Under the pieces are notes generated by a model. The model saw only the letters and a program-made list of their open reading frames with translations. It was not told the origin of the DNA and ran no database searches. Shown piece by piece: positions 23,511-38,577 of a stretch of DNA of 64,000 nt. The stretch comes from Eledone cirrhosa. Taxonomy: Eukaryota. Every line of letters starts with the position of its first letter. Position 1 is the stretch's first letter. The stretch is from NCBI GenBank assembly GCA_964016885.1, contig OZ024752.1, positions 16,864,001 through 16,928,000 of the forward strand, written 5' to 3'. Both the position numbers and the translations under genes were made by a program.

Positions 23511-25618
23511 TTACCGTACTTTTGGTAGAGGAGGGATGGTTTTTACATCCCTTTTCACTTGATCGTCTGGTGAAGGGACCGTTGAATCGTCCCTTCGGCT
23601 GGTCGTCGGCTCTTCTAAGAGAATGTCTGAATATACTCTTCGATTGATGGTTCCTCCTAGGTCCCTGAAATCACCAACTGCGTTGGGGAATTTCGTTTTA
23701 ATGTTTGTGTATTGTTTCTGTGCTATTTTTAGCAGTCTTATGTTAGTTGGCGTTTTGATTGGTGCTGGTATTATGTAGTCCTGTTGTGAAATGTCTGTGT
23801 GTTCAATTATGTAAGTCATTAGTTTCTTGTTGTGTGTGTTTATTGCCGTGCATTTGTTTTTCTGGGGGTGGGGTGTGGTTCTGCTATTTTCTTGTCGTTG
23901 TTGCTGGGTGTGTGTGTTTTGTTGTTGTGTTTGCGATGTTGGTGCTTGTGGTGGTGGTGTTGAAGGTGTTGTTGGCGGTGGGGTTGTCGCCGGTGGTGAT
24001 GGTGGTGCTGGTGTGGGTGGTGATGGTGTTGGTGGTGTTGCTGCTGTGGGTCTCTTTGCAGTAGACTTTACCCTTTTCTCATTTCTTTCCTCCCTTTTCA
24101 AAGGCGACGATGCGCTGCTTCTGCGTTTGTGCCTTCTTGCGACCTTTTGCCATCCCTCTCCCACCTCACACTCCATGTCTGATTCTGTGAGGTCGGGGAG
24201 GGGTACCAGCTCCACTCTTTCACTTGTTGTTGTTGGTGATGTTTGCACTGGAGTCTCTGTTGCAGCTGCATTTGGTATTGCTGTTGTTGTTGTTAATATT
24301 TCCACTGCTGCTGCTGTTTTTGATTTCCGTGGAGTGGGTATGGGTGCCACGGACCTATCGTTCCTGGTTGCCGCTTGTCCTGTTGCTGGTAGCTGTGGAG
24401 CCGGATTCGGAAGGAGGGGGGTTTTCTCCTTTCTCAGGGTCTTCTCGTTGCAGAAGGCCCTGAGGTGAGTCTTCGATCCACAGCGAAAGCATTTCGGGCG
24501 TTTGCCCTCAACACTTATGGGCAGTTGAGTGCCGTTATCGAAGTCTATCACATCCGGGATAGCTTCGATGCACTCCTGGTTGGTTTGGATTAGCATCTCA
24601 ATGGAGGAGCCGACCCAATCTTCTCTTACTTTTTCTGTACTTGCAGTACAGTTGTTTTGTCCTCGATTCCGACGAGTACAGACGCGGCCAGCCAAGAAGG
24701 GGTCATTCCGGGGTGGGGGGGTGGGGGGACGTGGGTCAGTTTGACCCTCACAATTTTTTTCCCGCAGTAGGAGGGCACCAACACCATTTCCTCGCTCCTT
24801 AGGGTCACTACTGATTGGGCCTTTGCCTCCTGGGGTGTGGCAAAAAGTACGTCTACGGTGGCATATTTTTTGCCTCGGGTGATGTGCGTTTTCCGCTGCC
24901 ACACAGACCCCAAGGCTTTTTGTATTTGGGCCTCTGTGGCTCTTTCCACCCTACGGGATTTTGTACTTACTGTACGGTACGTGACCGTACAGTGCTCTTG
25001 GGTTTCGAAAAATTTTTCCGCTGCCTTGCAGATTGCTCGGTGTCCGTTCTTTGTCACCATCTTCTTCGCTTCCTCTAATTCCTCATTTATTATGAGGATT
25101 GTTTCCAAGTTTTTCGCAATACCTGCAAATGAGATTGGTTTTTCTCTGCTGTTGTTGTTGTCGTCAGAGCTGCTGGTACTTTTGTTGTTGCTGCAGGTAC
25201 TACGACTACTGCCTCCGCCGCTGTTGCTGTGGTTGTTGTTGGTGTTGCTGCTGCTAATGCTGTTGTTGTTTATGCTGCTGGTGATGCTGTTGCGGCTGCT
25301 ACTGTTGTTTTCATTGTCACTGTTGCTGTTGTTATTACGGCTGCTACTGCTATTATTCCTGACGTCAGACGAATGAACTGGGTTTTCGTATTTCCCGCAC
25401 ACCTGTTTCGTCGCTGTCGTCGTCGTCGTGGAGAAACCTTGCACGCTTTGCACGAGACTTTTCTTTTCTTTCGTCACTTGCGAAAGAGAAGGGAGGGAGA
25501 GAGACACATTTAAAGAAGGGAGGGAGAGAGACAATCTTCTCTCTGCTGTAGTGATGATTGAGGAAGAAGAAGACGGAATGAGTGGGAGTGACGTATGAAA
25601 TTTCTTTTTCGTAGCCAT
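23511..25618 (-). pseudogene. Tx1 ORF1 (gag-like zinc knuckle), frameshifted
   Basis: CFRCGSKTHLRAFC (CX2CX4HX4C); ISVEGKRP is shared with the other two ORF1s. The frame change lies in the 24626-24902 overlap, which contains G-runs. Confidence 0.88.
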
Positions 25619-25832
25619 GTTGTTTTTTGTTTAAAATGAATATTGGGTACAAAACCCCAATAACTGGTTATTTAACCCCGAAGGGCCAAATAACGGACAG
25701 AAAGACCCCTCTCACGAGGAGGAGGGTGTCTTTATCAACAATTTGGTTCAAGTTTTAAACAATTTACAATTGTTTTAACGGTTAAAAATTACTATACCTT
25801 ACAGAGCCGAACCTCCGTCAACCATGGCATTC

Positions 25833-25866
<34 letters not shown>

Positions 25867-25895
25867 GGAAAATATATCACTATAGCATCATCATT

Positions 25896-25955
25896 TATTT
25901 CGTTATGCATATTTCAGGGATACTAAGTTATAGTATGCCTTCTTCAGACAAAATA
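25896..25955 (-). ncRNA. Hammerhead ribozyme, family 1
   Basis: Minus strand reads TATTTTGT CTGAAGA AGG-C-ATACTA(TAACT)TAGTAT-C-CCT GAAA TATGCATA ACGAAATA. Confidence 0.82.
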
Positions 25956-26191
25956 CAATATTAGATGTATAAAAATGTGACATACCTATAACATAGAACG
26001 TATACGATCAATTTAAAATGGGTATGGGTATATATATATATATGCATACACACACACATATATATATTCATATATCTTTATCCTTATATATATATATATA
26101 TATAGTAATAATAATAAAATTGTAGACTAAAATCCAAAGAGGGCTCGATAAGGATAAATATATATCAAATATATAAGAACCGTAGAGCAAA

Positions 26192-26315
26192 TATTTATTA
26201 AAATAACAGATTAAAGTTTAAGTAAAGAATCGCTGCTTTCACCCTTAACGGGATCCCGTTAAGGGTGAAAGCAGCGATTCTTTGCTTAAACTTTAATCTG
26301 TTATTTTAATAAATA
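26192..26315. repeat. Spacerless palindrome with 62-bp arms
   Basis: Centre CGGGA|TCCCG at 26253/26254; one T/G mismatch. A single arm recurs at 26776-26837. Confidence 0.95.
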
Positions 26316-26320
26316 AATAA

Positions 26321-26351
<31 letters not shown>

Positions 26352-26926
26352 TATATTCCACGGAAAAGCCCTAGCTCTTCTCTTATTATGGCCACTGGGC
26401 TTATACCCATCGGCTTAGTATAACTAGATCTATTTTCTCTTCGGTTTCTTACATACATGTGCCATTCTCCCGTGTCCCCCCTTCTATCGGTATGTTTACT
26501 TCGTTTCTTCCTTTTTTCCTTTTTGTCTTCTTCCCTTTTTCTTTCTTCCTTTCTCTTCACTATCACTTCTTTCCTTAGTGTCCTTTTCATGGATAAAAGC
26601 GCATGGGCGCGCTACGGCTCGATGTTATGTTTTAAGCGCCGAAACATCCAAGATCCATAGTAAACAGCTGACGAAGGGAGTCTTTTCTTCTCTTGTTTGT
26701 GTCCCGATTACCTTCTGAAACTTCGTTTTCAGTAACTACACAGCCTCACCTCCTAACCCATATTTTTGTATATATATTTATTAAAATAACAGATTAAGTT
26801 TAAGCAAAGAATCGCTGCTTTCACCCTTAACGGGATCTTATTTGCTCTACGGTTCTCTTATATATTTGATATATATTTATCCTTATCGAGCCCTCTTTGG
26901 ATTTTAGTCTTCAAATTTATTATTAT

Positions 26927-26967
<41 letters not shown>

Positions 26968-27202
26968 AAGTTATATTTAAAATTGTTGGGTTACAACTAG
27001 TAAATATTTATAACTGATATAAAAGCACTCGACAAATATTTCTTCCTTTTCTTCGTTTTGTCTTTCTTTCTTTCGTTTTTCCCTCTTTTCTTTCTCTCTT
27101 TCTTTCTCTCTGTATTTTCACTGCTAGCGTAAACCTCTTCAAATGAAGTTGATGTTTATTACGGTATGTCGAATATATTTATCTATAAAACTGTTTATAT
27201 TG

Positions 27203-27268
27203 TATTTTGTCTGATGAAGGCATAGCATATTGTTAATATGATATCCCCGAAATATATATAATGAAATA
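27203..27268 (+). ncRNA. Hammerhead ribozyme, family 1
   Basis: TATTTTGT CTGATGA AGG-C-ATA-G-CATATT(GTT)AATATG-A-TAT-C-CCC GAAA TATATATA ATGAAATA. Confidence 0.75.
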
Positions 27269-27306
27269 AATATGGTTTTATAAATATAGTTTTCCATTTA
27301 TTTAAT

Positions 27307-27354
<48 letters not shown>

Positions 27355-27918
27355 TTGCAAGGTGTTTGATATGAAATCGTGTGTCGAAACAAATATTATT
27401 ATACTTGGGGAGGGTCATATTGTTATAATATTGCCAGAAATAATAACAGAACACACTCACTGTTTGCTTGGTTTTCGTTTCTGTATTTTTATATCTCCAT
27501 AGTTTGTCAATCAATGTTTATCATTGATTGACCAGCGGTTAGAAATACAGATATAAATATATATATATCAGGAACATCAGTAACATCATCCGTGGTACTA
27601 TTATCATATTCCCCCCTATTGTATTGTATTGTAATATTTACGCCATTTTTATTTTAATTAATTTATTTATTTCTTCTTGTCTCTGTCTCTGCGCTTGCGT
27701 TTGCGTGTGTGTATAGTGTTTGGTGTGTGTGTTCGCGATTGAGTGTATGTGTTTTTGTTTTTGTATTCTATCTTTGTTCACTAGTGTGTGTTTATATGTG
27801 TTTGTTGTTATTGTACTTGCGTATTTATTTATTTATTTATATTTCCCTTAAGTCAGTATGGTTGTTGTTGTTATTCCATTCCTGGCAATATTACCACAAT
27901 ATGACCCTCCCCAAGTAT

Positions 27919-27955
<37 letters not shown>

Positions 27956-27989
27956 TATACATACATATATATATATACATATATATGGG

Positions 27990-30103
27990 ATAACAAATTA
28001 TCGTTAAAGGCAATCCAGTTAGAGGTTGTGAGTACTCTGTATTGTCGATAGTTTTAACGTACGGCGTTGTTTGACTCAATAAGAGGTTTCCTTAGTTAGG
28101 TGGCGAGTTCACGGGAATTCCTATGCAGGTTAATCTTGGAGTAATAATAGTGAAAGAATGAAGAATAACATGTTCAACAGTACAAAAAGGGTTTTATTTA
28201 CAGTATTAACAATTGTTTCATTGATTAGGATGTCTAGAGGTTGCTAATCACTCGAAGTTGTGTCGCTCAACCTTAAATACAGTGTATGCCTAATCAAATC
28301 ATCGGAATAACTGACAAAATTACACTTGGTGTTTATATTTATACTACGGAAAATTGAAATAACAACATCAATAATAAAGAAAGAAAAAGAAAAAGAAAAA
28401 GAAAAAGAAAAAGAAAAAGAAAAAGAAAAAATAATAATAATAAAGAAGTTAGAATGAAGATGATAACAAATAAGTAAAATAATATATATGTGAAAAAAAT
28501 ATAGGAACATAATATGATTGTTGAAAATAGTGGTGGTCGTGGTGGTGGTTAAAGTTGTAGTGGTGTGTAAGTATAAAGATGTGATGAGGGTAGGAATATT
28601 ATTAATAGGAAAATAAATATTAAATATATACATATGTATTGGTTAAATCACAGATGGTTAGAGTAGGAAGAAAGACTATAATGATACATGACATATAAAA
28701 GATAAATTAATAAATTAGAAGTTAGGTTAGAGGTTAAGAGATACAAGGGAAGAGGTGAAATAGGGTTAGGGAGAGAGAGTGAAAGAAAGGTTAGGAGATT
28801 AATGATGTTGATTTAGCTATTAGTTGGTTTGTTGACAGTTAATAATAGTGAGTTGGTATGTAGTTATTATAATAGACTCTGGGTGGTTTAGCTTGAATTA
28901 TGAGATTGTTGGATCGAATCATGTTGGTTCGAAATTTGTGAATTTAGTAGCTGCTTTGTGCCTACAGACAATTGATCGTTCTATTTTGCTGTTAAGCAGC
29001 ATTTTGTCATACTTTAAAATATGGAACAGCTCCATATTGCAAAGTCCGCAGTGGGACATTCCATTTTTGTAGGCCTTTGCTCCCGATAATTTCGACCAGC
29101 TAATCCTGTATTCTTGGTTTGTATCCTTAAGCTGCCAGATTTTATTGGCCAGCGTTGTTGTGTTCACTAGTCTACGGTTCTTCATAGAATGTTTTTTTTT
29201 AACTCCCCAGCCGTAGAACCTATGTAGTGCCATGCTAAGTTGCCCGAATTAATAGTACACAAGTACACTATATTTGATTCCAGGCATCTATTTTGTAGTG
29301 GGCACTTATCCGGTAAGTGGCAGTTACATTTGGAGGCCTTCCTGTGTGCAGGTTCTCCGTTGTGGTTTTGTATGTTGTTATGTATGAGTTGAGATTTAGG
29401 TTTGTTGATGTTTTGTTGTGATGCGTTCTGACGTGTGTGTGATTGTGATGTATGTGTTTGTTTTGTATTTGGTGTTATGGTGTATTTTCATTAGAGATTC
29501 TTCTATAGTTAATTTTATGTATGTGTGATTCTATGTTGGCTGCAGTAGAGTAAGACAGTTTGATAGTTTTCTGTTAAAGATTCTATGGTATTTGTGAAGT
29601 TTAGGAAAGTGCTTGTCAATTAGTTTAAAGAATGCAGAAGGTAGTTTGGTTTTTGTAGAGGAGTTGAATATTGGATTGAACCATAAGTATTTCCTATCTC
29701 TGGATTTTCTATAGTTCCTAGGGATCACTATATTAGTGTTCGGTTCAGTTATTTCTGGTGCTCGTTGTCTATTTCTATGTTTAGTCCTATATTTGCTATT
29801 TCTATAGGTGTGGGTGGTGTAGCTGTCGTTAGGTGTGTTGTTGTTGTCTCTATCTGGTATGTATTTGAGCCTCTCCTCGTGGCCTGCCTTAATTAAAGGT
29901 ATGTTATAGTAGTTCGCGTGTTCATTAAAAATCTCTAGGTCAGAAGATAAGCGTGAAATTCTGAGGGATACACTATGTGCTATAAAAATAACGAAAATCT
30001 AGCCTAAATTAATTATAACTCAAACCACCCTCACTCCATAATTAATTCCATAGCACATAGTCCTTCAGAATTTCATGCTTATTTTCTGTTATTCTTCATT
30101 CTT

Positions 30104-30110
<7 letters not shown>
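27990..30110 (-). mobile_element. Penelope-like element, 5'-truncated, decayed
   Basis: WFNPIFN..HFPKLHKYHRIFN linker (29531-29728) and GIY-YIG tail (28919-29233). Inverted match between 28147-28170 and 30088-30110. Degenerate hammerhead at 28201-28313. Confidence 0.8.
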
Positions 30111-30193
<83 letters not shown>

Positions 30194-30276
30194 GAGTTAC
30201 CAGTTTATGAGTTAACGTTTTCACTTCTTTTTTTATCTACTTATCTGCACTGGCAAATGTATGTATGTATGTATGT

Positions 30277-33200
30277 TATCTCTTTCTCTTAATTTCGAGT
30301 ATATTTTTTTTTGACCGGCCACCTTCCTGGTGGCAAGGTTGTAAAAGAAAAGAAATTGTCATCCCTTGAATCGCAAGAATGTTTTGCAAATTTTGAAGGT
30401 GCCAGCTATCGCAACCATTTGTAGACTATGAATTAAGGAGCTGCGCTTTTTGTCCGCAAATCCAAGTTCAGTCATACTTTGGTCCAAGCGGGTTGGTATA
30501 TAACCCGTAGCTCCAATAATGATGGTGTATCTTGGATACTGGATTTATAAACTCCTCATCAATGGTCCGTAGATGTCCTCCTTCTCCTGTATTTTTCTGA
30601 CAACATTTACATCAAGTGGGCAGCTGGTCTCCACAACAGAACACGTTTTTAATGTGTGGTCCCAAACAACAATATCAGGCCGGTTGTGCTTTAATTTGGT
30701 GGCAGTTTTTATTTTCAGGTTCCACCAGTATTCCTTAGTGCCATCTGTTTCAATATATTCTTCCTCGTTTGTTGTTAATTTTGTTTTCCGAAGTGCATTC
30801 CAGATGGTTCTAGCTACCCCATTGTGTCTCATGGGTAGGTAGTAGCGAGATGACATTCTTTCGCAGCTGGCAACAATGTGGCTTACATCCTCGATCTTTG
30901 TTTTACATAGCCTACATTTATTGTTAGCTGCTGGCCCTCCTCTTTTGTGCAGCAGATATTTGGTAGGGAGTTCTTGTTCCTGTATTGCATAGAGATATCC
31001 CTCAAGGTGTGATGTCATAAACTTGTCGGAACTGCATGCCTGGCTTTTTTAGTGGTTTATCCCCTCTATGGTCTGTGTTTTACGTCTCAAGTATCCATGC
31101 ACAACTTTTTCTGTAAACTGGTCAATTTTTTTATCTTGTTTGAACATTAAATAGGATCTTCCGATTTCTCTGGGTGAGAGATTTATATCAGGCTTTATTC
31201 CATATCTCTCCTCCAGATCAGTCGCTATTCTAATGATATATTTTTTTTCATGCTCATAAACCTGGGCAAGATGGTTGCCAACCTTTTTCCTCTGTTGAAG
31301 GTGTTGCTTCAGTCTTACTATCCGGGTCTCATATGTTGTTAATATTGATTTTAGACCCCGGCCACCTTCCTTGCGTGAGAAGTATAGCCTATCCACATCA
31401 CCATTGATGTTAAAGTTCCCAGTAACACTGAGAAGTTTGCGAGTTCTAACATCCATCTCACTTAGTTCTTGCAATGACGAGTTCAGCAGGCCAAATATTG
31501 GCGTTAGAATTGACACATCATAAGTATCGTGGGCAATTTATTTGTTGTACGCTGACAGTTCTGATGACCATATTTTCTTTACTCTTCTGAGGTATTCAGT
31601 TCTGGTTCTCTCCTTATTTATGGGTCCATCATATCTGACATTCTCATCCTGTCCAAGATATCTGTAGTTGTCACCTGACTGTAGAGGTTGTATTGTCAGG
31701 CCGTTCATCTCTAGATTTCTAGAGGAGGGCACAGCTCTTCCACGTTTTACTGCCAAATATGCACACTTGGACTCACCAAATTTCATTTTGATGTCGGTTG
31801 AAAATTGTGTAATGAGATCCAATTGTTTCTTGATGTCATTGATATTTGGCCCATACAACTTCAGGTCATCAACAAAGAAAAGATGGGAGGTACTTCTGGA
31901 CCTACTTCTTTGTCCACCTTGTTTCCTGAGTAGGTAAGATAGTGGATTCAGTGAGAGAACGAAGAGTAGCACTGACAAGCTATCACCCTGAAAGATGCCC
32001 TTCTGGTAATGTATCTTATCAGTCTTAACTTGCTCCTTCTCACCTCTAAGGATCAAATTGGTGTACCAGTTCTTGGTCAGGCGTTCAACAGCAGCTACCA
32101 ATGGTTGTGGGACTTTGGCTAACTGTAAAGCCTTAATAATCCACCCATGAGGTACACTATCAAATGCTTTTTGATAGTCCAGCCACACCACAGTCATGTT
32201 TTTGCGATTCTTTGTTGTTTTTTCCTGAACCATTTTATTAGTTAGTAGGTGATCTATGCAATCCCACACCTCCATCTTTCCACCAGCTTGCTCAGGTGTT
32301 ATGATGTTGTTGGTAGCACAGTGATCCTGTAAGAACAGGTTAAGGCACCCAGTATATAATTTAAACATGATGTTTTGGCAGGCTATTGGGCGTTAATTTT
32401 TAGCAAGGGTGGTTTGGCTATTTTTGGGAACGAGGAGAGTAGTGGCAGTTGATAACCATCTGGGCAGTTCTTGTGTGCCTTTAATCGTTTCTGTAAACAG
32501 CCGTATGAGATCTTGCCGATAGAAAGTGAAATTCTTCAACCAGTATCCTGTAATGAGGTCTGGGCCTGGCGATTTCCTATTCGACATTTTCTGTAGAGCT
32601 GTTTCCAATATTGACCCATCTATGTCATATTGTTTTGTCTGGACATGTTGGCAGTAGTCCTGTTCCAGTTCTTTTAGCCAATTAGTTTGTCTGTTGAATC
32701 CGTCATCCGTTTCCCATACAGATCTCCAGTAGCTCTCAACCTATTCTTTTGAAGGGGTGTCATTTACAGCTTTTGCCACCGAAGCTGCGATAAACTGATT
32801 TAGGATCTCTGGCAAAGAATCTATTTAGCACTTGTCGTTTATGTGCTGTTGACTTATATTTTAGTCTTTCTGTTGTAGCTGTGAGTTGTTGTTTCAACTG
32901 GTGTAATTTGGAGTTCAAAGTTTTAAATTTTGTATCTCCAAATCGTCTCTAACCTTTTTTTAGGTCTTCCTGGTGTCGTGTGAAGTTGCTCTCTATGTTG
33001 CATTTCATAACGACTGCGATGTGTGAGATACTTCGTCTCAGGGACAAAATTTTGGCTTTTAAATTTCGCATCCACGCTGGTTCAGGCTTTCTGTTTGTAT
33101 CTTGATTGCGTGGTTTTAGATGTGTGTTATATGATAACAATGTGACAGCTGAAACATATAACAAAATATAAGTGTTTCAAATGTCGTTTCTACACCTTTA

Positions 33201-34479
33201 GATCGTATGGTATAGCCTTCAGATAATTGCCAGCTATTTCGTTCACCGCTTCCAATTCCAATTTAGTGGGTTCTTTACTGATTCTGGTGTTGTATGGTCT
33301 GTCACTCACATTAAGGCGGTGTATCTCTTGAAACATATCGTTCCATATCACTTGTAAGGTGTCCACAAGTTTTTGGTGTTCTGTTTGTTCAGTAGAGTCA
33401 TGAATTTCAGCCTCGTTGTTGATGTGGTGACAATTACTACTAGAGTTAGCTGACCTTTCTCGCTGTTCTTCAGTGGAAGTGGGATGGATTTCAGCAAAAT
33501 TGTTGGTGAGCTGTTCACTGTTATATTTAGCTAGCCATTCTCTTTGTCTGTCAGTAGAGGTGGGGTGGTTGTCTACAAGGGCTGTATTTGTAGTATCACT
33601 CAATTCCGTTAGATGTATCAATTTACATCTAATGATACGTTTTGCCTGTTCATTTAAATGCTTTGGAGAAAAGTCTAATTCTGGGTGTTTGGAGTGCCAT
33701 AAAGTTTTTAGCCTTTGCATAAAACCGAACTTTTGGGGTTCAGATTGTTTGTATGCTTCATATAATTCTTTGTTAAGCTCGTAGCTCCACTGTATACAAC
33801 GGTTGTAGTTGCGATTTGGTCGAAGGAGACTTGTACTTTTTGCCATGATGAGTTCGTCTATTCACTAATATTTCGTATTTATTTTTCAAAATAGTCGATG
33901 ATCTTCTTTAAAAGTTTCGACAAAGTTCTGTCAGAATCAAATTTAAAGTTATTCACAGCTTGGGTAATATTTCTTTTCAGTTAGTTTTTAATTCTACAAC
34001 TGTGTTTTAAACGTTGTTCTTGAATCGTTTGAATCGAGAACAAAAAGAACCGTTACTTAGTATATTTCTTCATGAATGTAATATAATATAACAACGCTGT
34101 ATTTATATGTTAAAGTTTATGTATCATTCATATAAATAGGTGTTCTACAACTTATTCACAACATATTCACAGTTCAAACACTTATGTTTTTGTTTCTGAA
34201 TCGAAAACGTTTCTTGTATATTTCTTTATAAATGTAATATAACAACGTTGCATTTATATGTTAAAGTGTATGTATCGTTCATATATCATAAGTGTATGTA
34301 TCGTTCATATAAATAGGTGTTTTACAACACACTTACAGTTCAAACACTTATGTAGAATTATTGTATGTAATCTTACCGCGTAATGTAGCTCAACTTTTTC
34401 CAATATATGGTATGTTGCCTTCATGTAAGCCGTAATTACACACGTCCGATTATCGGACACTGGCCACAACGGTCGCCAT
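30277..34479 (-). mobile_element. R4/Dong-like RLE LINE family A, copy 2, apparently full length, multiple lesions
   Basis: N-terminus 33190-33846. RT 31538-32368 (WLDYQKAFDSVPH, GIFQGDSLS, FFVDDLKLY). CCHC+RLE 30545-31018 (KHNRPDIVVWD..E.SCPLD.N..K..Y). (TATG)n at both ends. Confidence 0.9.
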
Positions 34480-34494
34480 TGTATGTATGTATGT

Positions 34495-37030
<2,536 letters not shown>

Positions 37031-37521
37031 CACAAATGTTTGGAATGCTTTACATATTTTTACTGTTCCATTAATGGATTGTACTTGTAATTTTCTAACT
37101 AGTTGTGTTCTTTCTGTACCTGTGAAGCCTAGCTTCTCAAGATTTGTATTGAGGCAGTTACTAACATACCCCAGTGCCACAATAATCGCAGGCATAAATC
37201 TGAAGGTGTAATCAGGGTGGAGTATCTGCAGATTTCTCATCAGTTCTGCATAAATATTCTTTTTTCACTAATCTTTGATATTATATTCGCATCCGCTGGG
37301 CAGCTGACTTGCACTACTGTGCATGTTTTCTTCTCCCTGTCCCATATCATAATATCTGGTCTGTTATGCCTGCATTTTATTGGGGTTTTTACTGGAACAT
37401 TCCACTAGTACTCTTTCATATTATGTACATATGCTGTAGCTTTTAATGTGTTTATTATCGGGGCTATCTTTTCTACGGATTGCATTGTACAGTGTTTTGG
37501 CCACTACATCATGCTTCATAG
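37031..37521 (-). mobile_element. Duplicate RLE-end fragment of family B fused to the next copy
   Basis: Direct repeat of about 35108-35613; abuts (TATG)n at 37523. Confidence 0.85.
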
Positions 37522-38577
37522 GTGTATGTATGTATGTTTGTATGTATGTATATGTTTGTGTCTGTCTGTCTGAATAAACGTGAACAACTGAGATAAAAAT
37601 ACCAAGTAAGATTGATAATATCAAGTATTTGTTTGGGGTTGATGTGTAGAAAAGATAAAAATAGATAAAAGCTACCAAGCAAATAAGCGAGAAAATTATA
37701 GATCTAACGAAAATACACGAGATATTGTGGTGCAAGTATACTTTCTGTTACAAAATACATGATAAAAAAATGTATTTCGTAGTAGTTATATAAACACACA
37801 GAAAAAGAGAGCAGTATTAGAAAGGCCTATAAATGTCATGAGAGGAAAAGTATGAGAAGAGCAAGGACTAATAGACAAAGGGAGAAATGGGGAAGGGAAG
37901 AGGCTGACAGACTTTTCACCTAGGTCAGATAGGTGTATAGCGAGGATACTGGGTTGTATGAATGTAACAAAACGAGGCATGGTTTGTGTGTATAATATTT
38001 AATTAACAATGGTAGATAGCATAGTTGACATGTCAAAGTAATAGATGATAGAATGAAGCAAAGTTAGTCGTTACCGTTTTGATTGCCAGGCAAACGCGGC
38101 TGGCAGAGGACGCCTGGCTAAGGCCAGCCAGGCGCCGGAAGGCCAAATGAGAGGCAGAGCCAAATGAGAGAGTGAGAACTTAAAGTTGTTAGTTTTATAG
38201 GGTTCTGACCGGAAGTTGCAGAAAGGGTTCTACTTCCCGTCTAGATGTTAATCCAAACAAGGGAGAAACCGCTACAGGTGTTTCGATTGTTTATATTTTA
38301 TTGCGGTTATTGGAAAGTTCAATGACTGAAAGTTTTTAAGCCTACACCATACATATGAAGCTAGTTGAAGTGATGGATGTTGTGGTAGATTTATATATTA
38401 TTGGGCTGCTATTACTAAGTTCTTGGTAGAGTCGTTTTGGGCTGGAGTGAAATTGGTGGTTTCCTCAAAAAACAGTTGTCGTTTTTCATATCTCCGAATT
38501 TGTTGTTTTAGGCATTCCTTAGTCTCCGGGATTGCCCTTTTTGTTTTATTATATTTCTTTAACATTTATATTTATGG

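Larger units (their letters stand above)
19808..25832 (-). mobile_element. Full-length Tx1/L1-clade LINE, copy 1, inside (AAT)n
   Basis: Two-ORF layout. The 3' end reads AATAAAGAAATC then (ATT)n. (AAT)n tracts lie at 19743-19807 and 25833-25863. Confidence 0.92.

Noticed and set aside
23759-25376. Long plus-strand V/G/L-rich ORFs (also 53382-54137 and 58539-59003 on minus)
   Set aside because: Antisense readings of low-complexity ORF1 regions.
25701-25733. CTCCTCGT loop in the Tx1 5' UTR as an HDV ribozyme L3
   Set aside because: No P1/P2 partners, GG for P1.1 or J4/2 in the right order; it folds as a simple hairpin.
34050-34350. Tandem ~150-bp duplication in the R4 5' region as a regulatory array
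   Set aside because: Only two diverged units and no recognisable motif; also no HDV-like fold found at the 5' end near 34479.
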